The notes beneath the pieces were generated by a model that saw only the letters and a program-made list of their open reading frames with translations, was not told the origin of the DNA and did not search any database. Below, piece after piece: positions 29,187-36,707 of a DNA stretch of 64,000 nucleotides (within the stretch, counting starts at the first letter, position 1; every line of letters starts with the position of its first letter). The translations under genes and the position numbers were made by a program. The DNA is taken from positions 24,306-88,305 of the forward strand of contig JAYTLR010000096.1 of the NCBI GenBank assembly GCA_043729195.1, read 5' to 3'. Source of the stretch: Akkermansia sp. (GTDB taxonomy: Bacteria; Verrucomicrobiota; Verrucomicrobiia; Verrucomicrobiales; Akkermansiaceae).

Positions 29187-29406
29187 GTGCTGCGGCACGA
29201 CGCAGCTTTGGCTTCCGGGGCGGACGCTCTGCTTTGCCGGCCACGGGTTGCCGGGAGAGCCTGGCTCCGCGGGCGTTCCATGAGTTGATGGCTCCCGGGT
29301 TTCACGAGCCCGGGCGCTTGCGCCCGGAGTGCTGCCATCAAGGCAATCCAAGCCGCACGAACGGGCGAGCCGTCCACGCAGCCAAAGCGACGTCATGCCT
29401 TCGCAC
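29187..29406. repeat. Palindromic MITE-like intergenic repeat, copy A
   Basis: Left arm GTGCTGCGGCACGACGCAGCTTTG (29187-29210) and right arm CAAAGCGACGTCATGCCTTCGCAC (29383-29406) are inverted (18/24). The left arm is identical to 33883-33906. The interior is itself an imperfect palindrome. Lies between convergent genes. Confidence 0.7.
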
Positions 29407-29415
29407 TCCACACGC

Positions 29416-30516
29416 TTAGCCGTTCAACTTCGCGAGGTTTTTCGGCAAAAACACGCCGTCCTTGCGAATGACCTTGCCGTCAAAGCGGATCTCGCCGCCG
29501 CCGTAGTCCTTGCGCTGGATGTTGACGATGTCCCAGTGAACTTGTGAGCGATTGCCATTGTCGGCTTCCTCGTAAGCTTGGCCAGGTGTGAAATGGAAAG
29601 AGCCGCCGATCTTTTCGTCAAACAGGATGTCGCGCATCGGGTGCTTGATCGCCGCATTGTAGCCCAGTGCGAACTCGCCGATGTAGCGGGCACCCGCGTC
29701 GCTATCGAGGATCTTGTTGATCTCCTTGTTCTTCCCGGGTGACTCCGCCTTGACGATTTTGCCCTTCTCGAAGGTCAGCTTGACCGAGTCAAAGGGGATG
29801 CCTTGGTAAATGGTCGGCGCATTGTATGTGATGAAGCCCTCCACCGAGTCCTTCACCGGCGAGGTGAAAACCTCGCCGTCCGGGATGTTGTGCTCGCCGG
29901 CGCTGACGACGGCCGGGATGTCCTTGATCGAGAATTTCAGGTCTGTGCCCGGGCCGGTGATGTGGACCTTGTCGGTGGCATCCATCAGCTTCTTCAGCGC
30001 GTTGGCGGCGGGGACCAGGCTCTTGTAATCGACCAGGCAGACCTTGAAATAAAAGTCCTCGAAGGCTTCGGTGCTCATCCCCGCCTGCTGGGCCATCGAG
30101 GGGGTCGGCCAGCGCAAGACGCACCATTTGGTCTTCTTCACCCGCCAGTCGAGCACGGGCCGCATGTGCTTCATCGCGAGCGTCATGTTGGCTCCCGGCA
30201 CGTCGCTACTTTCCGCGATGTTGTGGCTGCCGCGGACCGCGATGTAGGCGTCCATGTCTTTCATCTCGGCGAGCAGGTGCTTGGCGATGAGCTGGTACTG
30301 GGAGTCCTCGGCACCGCTCAGCATTTCACGGATCAGCCGCGAGTTGTGGAGCCGCAGGAAGGGCAGCGCGCCCTTCGCCCGGGCCTCGCGGACAAGCGCC
30401 AGACCGATCGAGTCCGGCACGTCGTAAAGATCGATCAACACTTTCTCGCCCTTCTTCAGCGAGGTCGAGTAGCGGACAAGCTGGCGGGCGAGTTGGTCAA
30501 CGCGGGGATCGTGCAT
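29416..30516 (-). CDS. M29-family aminopeptidase (AmpS/PepS-like)
   Basis: ATG at 30516. About 367 aa. The overall pattern (N-terminal [17 protein letters not shown]-terminal GEFALG...HFTPG, HWDIV) is typical of thermophilic-type aminopeptidases. Confidence 0.8.
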   Translation of the reverse strand: MHDPRVDQLARQLVRYSTSLKKGEKVLIDLYDVPDSIGLALVREARAKGALPFLRLHNSRLIREMLSGAEDSQYQLIAKHLLAEMKDMDAYIAVRGSHNIAESSDVPGANMTLAMKHMRPVLDWRVKKTKWCVLRWPTPSMAQQAGMSTEAFEDFYFKVCLVDYKSLVPAANALKKLMDATDKVHITGPGTDLKFSIKDIPAVVSAGEHNIPDGEVFTSPVKDSVEGFITYNAPTIYQGIPFDSVKLTFEKGKIVKAESPGKNKEINKILDSDAGARYIGEFALGYNAAIKHPMRDILFDEKIGGSFHFTPGQAYEEADNGNRSQVHWDIVNIQRKDYGGGEIRFDGKVIRKDGVFLPKNLAKLNG

Positions 30517-30548
30517 GGAGCTATCGCTAAAGTTCCAAAGGGGAAGTT

Positions 30549-30610
30549 CCAAGTGCCAAGTTAGAGGACCGCCTCCATTTGGCACTTGGCACTTTCTTCC
30601 CTTGGCACTT
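30549..30610. promoter_or_regulatory. Cluster of CTTGGCAC(TT) repeats in the ampS/purN divergent promoter
   Basis: CCAAGTGCCAAG (30549-30560) is inverted relative to TTTGGCACTTGGCACTTT (30578-30595) and CTTGGCACTT (30601-10). Confidence 0.3.
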
Positions 30611-30622
30611 CCTTCTCCCCGC

Positions 30623-31201
30623 ATGCGCCTCGGCATCCTCGGCTCCGGTTCCGGCTCGAACATGCAAGCCCTCCTCGACGCGATCGCCGCCGGCTCGCTC
30701 GACGCGGAGATCGCGCTGGTGCTTTCCGACAACCCGGACGCCTACATCCTCGAACGCGCGGCGAAGGCGGGACTGCCGACCGGAGTCATCGACTGCCGCG
30801 GCTTCAAGACGAAGTTCCCGGATGAGGCCCAGGCGGAAACCGCGGCTGCGCTGAAGGCGGCGGGCGTCGAACTCGTCTGCCTGGCCGGCTTCATGCGGCT
30901 GGTGAAGGCCCCGCTGCTGGAATCCTTTCCCGACCGCATCCTCAACATCCACCCGGCGCTGTTGCCGGCCTATCCCGGCTTGCAGGCGTGGAAGCAGGCG
31001 ATCAATGACGGCGCGACCGAGTCCGGCTGCACCGTCCACTACGTCGACGGCGGCATGGACACCGGGCCGGTGATTCTCCAGGCAAAGGTCCCGGTTTTCC
31101 CGGACGACACGGCCGAGTCCCTGCACCAGCGGATCCAAGTCGAGGAGCACCGGCTTTACCCGGAAGCGATTCGGAAGGTCGCGGCGGAGCTGGGGATCTG
31201 A
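30623..31201 (+). CDS. purN: Phosphoribosylglycinamide formyltransferase
   Basis: ATG at 30623. [17 protein letters not shown], and GCTVHYVD motifs. Confidence 0.9.
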   Translation: MRLGILGSGSGSNMQALLDAIAAGSLDAEIALVLSDNPDAYILERAAKAGLPTGVIDCRGFKTKFPDEAQAETAAALKAAGVELVCLAGFMRLVKAPLLESFPDRILNIHPALLPAYPGLQAWKQAINDGATESGCTVHYVDGGMDTGPVILQAKVPVFPDDTAESLHQRIQVEEHRLYPEAIRKVAAELGI

Positions 31202-31220
31202 TCGGAGAGGGGAAGACCCC

Positions 31221-31291
31221 CAAGAGGGGACCGGGCGGCTCGCCCGTTCCCCGATTCACTGTCTGCGGGCGAGCCGCCCGCACCCCTCTTG
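31221..31291. repeat. GC-rich palindromic repeat (26-nt arms, 24/26 complementary) after purN
   Basis: CAAGAGGGGACCGGGCGGCTCGCCCG ... CGGGCGAGCCGCCCGCACCCCTCTTG. The right arm is identical to 25304-25330. The sub-motif GAACGGGCGAGCCG also occurs inside repeat copy A (29359-29372). Confidence 0.6.
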
Positions 31292-31372
31292 CGAGGGCGG
31301 CCCGACTTTCACCCGCCGCCGCGTTTTCCATGGTTTCCAAAGCCGCCCCGGCCCGCTGTAGTGCCGGCGCCC

Positions 31373-32293
31373 ATGTCACGCGCCGCCCTCGAACAACTCC
31401 GCGAACGCCTTGTCTCCACCGTGCTCGGCTCGGAAGAAGCCGCGGCCCTGCTGCTGACCGCCCTGCTCGCCCGCGGCCACGTGCTGATCGAAGGCGCGCC
31501 GGGGATCGGCAAGACTTCGCTGGCCCACACCCTGGCCACCTCGATCGGCGGGACTTTCAAGCGCGTGCAATTCACCCCCGACCTGCTGCCGGCCGATCTC
31601 CTCGGCTACTCGCTTTACCGGATGGATCGCGGCGATTTCGAATTCATCGCCGGTCCGGTCTTCGCCCACTGCGTGCTGGCGGACGAGATCAACCGCACCT
31701 CGCCGCGCGTCCAGAGCGCGCTGCTGGAGTGCATGAACGAGCAGCAGGTGACCCTCGACGGCGTCACCCGCGGGCTGCCCGCGCCGTTTTTCGTCATCGC
31801 CACCCAAAACGACACCGACCGCCACGGCACCTTCCCGCTTCCGGAGCCGCAGCTCGACCGCTTTCTGCTGTCGATCCGTATGGACCTGCCCGCCGCGGAA
31901 ATCCAGCAGCGCATCCTGCTCGCCCACGCCGCCGGGGAAATCAACGGCAGCTCGACCACCACCGCCGCCTTGCTCGATCCCGCCGCGGTCCTGTCCCTCC
32001 AGGCCGCGGTCCAGCAGGTCACCGTCGCGCCCGCCCTCGCCGGCTACATCACCGCGCTCTGCGAAAGCCTGCGCCGCCTCGCCGGGTCGGATCACGCCGT
32101 CTCGGTCCGCGGCTCGCTCGCCCTGATGCAAGCCGCCCGCGCCGCCGCCTACCTCGACGGCGCGCCGGCCCTCTATCCGGACCATGTCCAGTCGCTCCTC
32201 CCCGCCGTCCTGCGTCACCGCCTTTCGCCCGACGACGGCAGCGAACCCGCCGCGCTGATCGCCGCGGCGCTGGAGAACACGCCGGTGCCGTGA
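31373..32293 (+). CDS. MoxR-family AAA+ ATPase
   Basis: ATG at 31373. Walker A GAPGIGKT, Walker B VLADEINR, and FFVIATQN. Confidence 0.9.
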   Translation: MSRAALEQLRERLVSTVLGSEEAAALLLTALLARGHVLIEGAPGIGKTSLAHTLATSIGGTFKRVQFTPDLLPADLLGYSLYRMDRGDFEFIAGPVFAHCVLADEINRTSPRVQSALLECMNEQQVTLDGVTRGLPAPFFVIATQNDTDRHGTFPLPEPQLDRFLLSIRMDLPAAEIQQRILLAHAAGEINGSSTTTAALLDPAAVLSLQAAVQQVTVAPALAGYITALCESLRRLAGSDHAVSVRGSLALMQAARAAAYLDGAPALYPDHVQSLLPAVLRHRLSPDDGSEPAALIAAALENTPVP

Positions 32294-32358
32294 GGGGCGT
32301 CTTCTAACGCCTTGAACGCCCCGCCGCGCCCCGCTAGCGTCCGCCGCCCCAGCCCACC

Positions 32359-33729
32359 ATGCCCAAGGTCTACATCCGCACTTACGGTTGCCAGATGAAC
32401 GAGCGCGATTCCGAACAGGTCGCGCAGATGTTCAGCGAAGGCGGCTACACGGTCACCGCCGACGAGGCGGAGGCCGATGCCGTCCTGGTCAACACCTGCT
32501 CGGTCCGCGACCAGGCCGAACAGAAGGCGCTCGGCAAGATGGGCAGCATGGGCTCGCTGCGCCGCACCAAGCCGCATGTCGTTTACGGCTTCATGGGCTG
32601 CATGGCCCAGAGCCGCGGGCCGGAGCTTTTCCAGCGGATCCCGCACCTCGACGTGGTGGTCGGCACGCAGAAATACCACAAGGTCTTCGAATACGTGGAC
32701 ACCATCCTCCAGCGCCGCCTCGAGCGCCGGATGGACGAGCTGGAACTCTCGCTCCACGGCGAAAATGTCTGCGACGTGGAGGAGGAAAGCGGCTCGCAGA
32801 ACACGATCCGCGACCACATCCCGAAGGAGCTCAACGCCTCCGCCTTCGTCTCGATCATGCAGGGCTGCAACATGCGCTGCTCGTTCTGCATCGTGCCCGA
32901 CACCCGCGGCAAGGAACGCGGCCGGCCAATCGCGGAGATCGTCGATGAAGTGAAGCGCCTCCGCGACCACGGCGTGAAAGAGGTCACCCTGCTCGGCCAG
33001 ATCGTGAACCTCTACGGCCGGACCGAGTTCGAGAAAGTCGACGGCAAGTCGCCCTTCGTGCAGCTCCTCGAAGCCGTCCACGCGGTCGAAGGCATCGAGC
33101 GCATCCGCTTCACCTCGCCGCATCCGATCGGCTACCGCGACGACCTCGTCGCCGCCTTCACCTATCTGCCGAAGCTTTGCCCGCACATCCATTTCCCGAT
33201 GCAGAGCGGCTCCGACCGCATCCTGAAGGCGATGCGCCGCCCGTACAAGAACGAAAAGTTCGTCGAGATCTGCGAGAAGATGAAAGCCGCCCGCCCGGGC
33301 CTGGCGATCACCACCGACATCATCGTCGGCTTCCCCGGCGAGGAGGAGGAGGACTTCCAGGCGACCATCGACACCGTGCAGCGCCTCGAGTTCGACAACG
33401 CCTTCGTCTTCCGCTACTCGAAGCGCAAGGACACCCCGGCCGCGGAGATGGAAGGGCAGCTTCCGGAGACGGTGAAGGAAGAGCGCAACCAGCGGCTGTT
33501 AGAGGTCGTCAACGCGCTGGCCATCGCCAAGAACCAGGAACTCGTCGGCACGGTCCAGCAGATCCTCTGCGAAGGCCCCAGCAAGACCAACAAGCAGCGC
33601 CTGACCGGCCGCACCGGGACCAACAAGATCCTGATCTTCGACGGTGACGTCCACAAGCTGACCGGACAAATGCTCGATATCCAAGTCGAGGACAGCACCG
33701 GTTTCACGCTCTACGGCAGCGTGATCTGA
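32359..33729 (+). CDS. miaB: tRNA-i6A37 methylthiotransferase
   Basis: ATG at 32359. N-terminal YGCQMNERDSE and NTCSVR Cys, radical-SAM CNMRCSFCIVP, and a C-terminal TRAM domain. Confidence 0.95.
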   Translation: MPKVYIRTYGCQMNERDSEQVAQMFSEGGYTVTADEAEADAVLVNTCSVRDQAEQKALGKMGSMGSLRRTKPHVVYGFMGCMAQSRGPELFQRIPHLDVVVGTQKYHKVFEYVDTILQRRLERRMDELELSLHGENVCDVEEESGSQNTIRDHIPKELNASAFVSIMQGCNMRCSFCIVPDTRGKERGRPIAEIVDEVKRLRDHGVKEVTLLGQIVNLYGRTEFEKVDGKSPFVQLLEAVHAVEGIERIRFTSPHPIGYRDDLVAAFTYLPKLCPHIHFPMQSGSDRILKAMRRPYKNEKFVEICEKMKAARPGLAITTDIIVGFPGEEEEDFQATIDTVQRLEFDNAFVFRYSKRKDTPAAEMEGQLPETVKEERNQRLLEVVNALAIAKNQELVGTVQQILCEGPSKTNKQRLTGRTGTNKILIFDGDVHKLTGQMLDIQVEDSTGFTLYGSVI

Positions 33730-33758
33730 GGGAGCGTCGTTGTGGACAGCCATCTTGC

Positions 33759-34199
33759 GGAGCGCTGACTTTAGCCCAATCCCTTTAAGGATAGGTGACC
33801 TGGATTCAGATGGGTTCCAAGACAGCATTACTGCGCTGTCGCGGCCCCATATCATCCGGCCCGCTGGACGGGTAACCCTATGGTGCTGCGGCACGACGCA
33901 GCTTTGACTTGGGGCGCGGGCGCTTTGGTCTGCTGGCCACGGATTGCCCCGGCGGCCGATCCGCGGTCGAAGGGGTGGGGCGGAGTTCACCAGAAGACAA
34001 AGCGACGTCGTGCCGTCGCACCACAAGGACACGACGGCGAAGGCGGCTTTGAAGCGGAAGACTCCATGAGGAGAGCGGGCCCGAGCCCGGCTTCCAGAAG
34101 CGATCTTGGGTTTGAATCCTTAAAGGCATTGGGCTTTAGTCGACGTGGGACAATCCTGCCGAGCCAACCTTTCCCCTCCCCGACGAAAGTCAGCGCTCC
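33759..34199. repeat. About 440-bp nested imperfect palindrome in the miaB downstream intergenic region
   Basis: Outer arms GGAGCGCTGACTTTAGCCCAATCCCTTTAAGGAT (33759-33792) versus ATCCTTAAAGGCATTGGGCTTTAGTC (34116-34141) plus AAAGTCAGCGCTCC (34186-34199). It encloses repeat copy B. Confidence 0.55.
33883..34021. repeat. Palindromic MITE-like intergenic repeat, copy B
   Basis: Left arm identical to copy A (24/24). Right arm CAAAGCGACGTCGTGCCGTCGCAC is 20/24 complementary to the left arm. The interior GGCCACGGATTGCC resembles copy A. Confidence 0.7.
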
Positions 34200-34271
34200 C
34201 GAAGCCTTCGAATTCATGTTCCTCGCCCATTTCAAGCTGAACGGGCCACTGAGCGAGGCACTCCTAGGAGC

Positions 34272-34472
34272 TCAGTCCGTTCCCTGAAACGACAGCGATT
34301 CATTTGCAGGAGCCCCGGCGTCCTGCTCGACGATGGCCGCCCGGCCCTCCTGGCGGTCTGATTGAAAGACGTGGAACAGGCAGGCATAGGCCGCGATCAG
34401 GAGCAACGAAACCACGGCAATCACGAAATTGGAGGCCAAATCGTCGTTCCGATAGAGGGTTTCTGCATTCAT
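34272..34472 (-). CDS. Possible small membrane protein
   Basis: ATG at 34472 (alternative ATG at 34634 adds a second helix). One clear TM segment FVIAVVSLLLIAAYACLFHVF. Lies in a locally lower-GC patch with a weak codon signal. Confidence 0.3.
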   Translation of the reverse strand: MNAETLYRNDDLASNFVIAVVSLLLIAAYACLFHVFQSDRQEGRAAIVEQDAGAPANESLSFQGTD

Positions 34473-34652
34473 CAGTGCAAGAAAAGCGAGGAGCCACGGA
34501 AACGCAATGGGCCATCGGTAACTTTTTGTAAGGAATCGGGAAAATGTCCCGGTCTGAGCCGAAAATGCGGGTCGTGGCGTCGCAGATTGCACGCCGTCGA
34601 GGGAAGCCACCCCGGGATTGCCACCGCCTGCCATTCCGTCATCCTGCCCCCC

Positions 34653-36659
34653 TTGAATCCCGACGATGCCGAAAACGAGCTGGGCCGCGCGCTGTTGGAG
34701 CCGCTGCCGAAAACGGGCTACCTCACGGAAGCGGTCCGCCACATAACCGGCCACGCGCGGCACCGGCTGCCGGAAGGCTTCGTCGCGGCCTGCGCGGAGA
34801 CCACGGAACGTTTCCGCAGCGTCAAAGCACCCTCGCGCCACGGGAAGAGCAAGCTCCTCCTCGCCGCCCTCCTCGGCCTCGCCGTCGCCGCGGCCTTCAT
34901 CGTCCCCGGCGCGGCGCGGCGGGAGTTGAAACTGCTGCTGGTGACCGAGGCCGATCAATTGCCCGACCATGTTTTCGTCCGCTTCGGCGGGCAAACCGCG
35001 ATCCGGGAGCGGATCCTCTCGCGGGTCAGCCCGGCGGACGGCGAGATCCTGTTCGGCGATCTGACGGCACAGAACATCGAGGACCGGTGGAAGGCCTTGG
35101 CGGAGCGCGAGCCGACGAATCCGGGGCGTTATGCCGATGCGGCACTCGGGTATTTGAGGAGCAATGGGAAGCTGCCGCCGGACTTCGTCGAGAAAGGTGA
35201 TGAGCTGGATCTGGGCAACGGATGGTATGCCGCCCTTGAGGCTCGGGTGACATCAAACCGTAGATCGAGTGGTGAACCCGTGACGCGGAACCGCGGCGTC
35301 AAAACCCCCGAATTGGTCTTCGCCGCAAGTCGATTCAGGGACCCGACACGGTCGATGTGGGACCAACGGCTGACGCTGCTGCCAGAGGAAGAGCTGTGGG
35401 CCGACGTGGTCGCCGCCACGCGGTTCATGGTTCGGGAAATGCCCGAATCTGGATCTCGTTTTCGGGTAAGGACCGAGAAGTTCATGGCGACACAAGACGC
35501 CATCATGAGTCTGCCTAGCGAGCCGGCGATCGTGAACAAATTGCTCCTTGCTTGGATTGAAGCCTTGAGGACCTCGCTCGTCATCACGAAGAACCGTGAG
35601 GAACTGATTGCTCTTTTTGATGATCCCTCCTCCTCTCGCTCCGGATTCTCACTGGCGAGCTACCTGTCTGCAGAGGGTTTGCCAAAGGAAGCCCATGCCA
35701 TTGCAGATCTTGAAATCGAGTGTGCCGCCACCCTGCGTGCAGCCCGAACGCCTCCCACCCCCACCAGCCTCCTCGCCGCAAAATCCTCCACCACCCCCTG
35801 CCACGACCCCGCCCTCACCCGCCCCGGCATCGCCGCCGAATGGGCGATGCACGAGCGGCTGATTGGCTGGGGCAGCGTGCTGCTGCTCGGCCTGCTGCTC
35901 GTGATCCACCTCGCCGTGCTCCAATCGAACCGCGGCTACGACCGCTTGGCCGAACGGCTCGGTCAGATCCTCCGCCGCTCGGACCACTTCTTCATCTTCC
36001 TCATCTCGCTCGGGCTGCCCTTGCTGCTCTACGCGATCGCCACCCGGCTGCCGGGCCACGGCCTGCTGACTGCGCCGCTGCAAGAAGAAGACCCGCGCTT
36101 CAAGCTGCTGGCCATCCTCCACGGCGCCTGGATCCTCACCGTGCCGCTGCTCGCGCTCGAAGCCACCCGCTGGCGGCTCGCCGTCCGCGGCCGGGCGCTC
36201 GGCATGGCCGGGCGCGGGCTTCACCTCGGCATGGTGCCGCTGGCGATGCTGCTCGGCTCGCTGGTCGGTGCCGCCGTCCTGCCCGCCATCCCTGCCGTCT
36301 GGACCGACCCGAAGCTCCCGCTGCTCGGCCTCGCCAGCGGCCTGGCCATCGGCGCGTTGTGGCTGTTGGTCCTGATAGTCTGGCACTTCGCCGCGCCGCG
36401 CGAAAGCTTTCCCGAGCGCCTGCTCCGGCTACGCGTCGTCTTTTGGCCGGTCCTCGCCGCCCTGCTCGTCACCGCCGCCGGAATGGTCGCCCTGCGCGAA
36501 CACGAACGCCACCTGGTCTCGATCAACCGCTTCGAAAAGTCCCCACGCACCCACGCCGGCAACCCCACCGCCGCCGACCAAGCCTTTCTCGAAACCTGGA
36601 AACCCAAGCTGCTCGAAGAAGTCCGCAAGGCGCAGAACAGGCTCGAGGCGGTGGAGTGA
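34653..36659 (+). CDS. Large polytopic membrane protein, paralog A (unknown family)
   Basis: No in-frame ATG at the homologous position. TTG at 34653 aligns with the Met start of paralog B. One TM, then a ~390-aa extracytoplasmic domain (FVEKGDELDLGNGWY), then at least 6 TM segments. Confidence 0.7.
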   Translation: MNPDDAENELGRALLEPLPKTGYLTEAVRHITGHARHRLPEGFVAACAETTERFRSVKAPSRHGKSKLLLAALLGLAVAAAFIVPGAARRELKLLLVTEADQLPDHVFVRFGGQTAIRERILSRVSPADGEILFGDLTAQNIEDRWKALAEREPTNPGRYADAALGYLRSNGKLPPDFVEKGDELDLGNGWYAALEARVTSNRRSSGEPVTRNRGVKTPELVFAASRFRDPTRSMWDQRLTLLPEEELWADVVAATRFMVREMPESGSRFRVRTEKFMATQDAIMSLPSEPAIVNKLLLAWIEALRTSLVITKNREELIALFDDPSSSRSGFSLASYLSAEGLPKEAHAIADLEIECAATLRAARTPPTPTSLLAAKSSTTPCHDPALTRPGIAAEWAMHERLIGWGSVLLLGLLLVIHLAVLQSNRGYDRLAERLGQILRRSDHFFIFLISLGLPLLLYAIATRLPGHGLLTAPLQEEDPRFKLLAILHGAWILTVPLLALEATRWRLAVRGRALGMAGRGLHLGMVPLAMLLGSLVGAAVLPAIPAVWTDPKLPLLGLASGLAIGALWLLVLIVWHFAAPRESFPERLLRLRVVFWPVLAALLVTAAGMVALREHERHLVSINRFEKSPRTHAGNPTAADQAFLETWKPKLLEEVRKAQNRLEAVE

Positions 36660-36707
36660 CGAGCGGAGATTGCCAAACGACGCCGGAACGCGTCAGAGTG
36701 CGACCCC

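Noticed and set aside
29234-29419. Short ORFs inside repeat elements (29067-29288, 29234-29419, 33880-34287, 33987-34235, 38938-39147)
   Set aside because: They are created by the palindromic repeats, with mirror-image peptides on both strands, and lack codon bias.
30578-30610. Possible sigma-54 promoter, because TGGCAC occurs three times upstream of purN
   Set aside because: None of the TGGCAC boxes is followed at the canonical spacing by TTGC(A/T). It is better described as a repeat or operator array.
34362-34652. Upstream extension of paralog A (ORF track start 34362)
   Set aside because: The extension has odd composition (K/C/H-rich) and no counterpart in paralog B. It overlaps the small minus-strand ORF and the low-GC patch. 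TTG at 34653 fits the paralog alignment.
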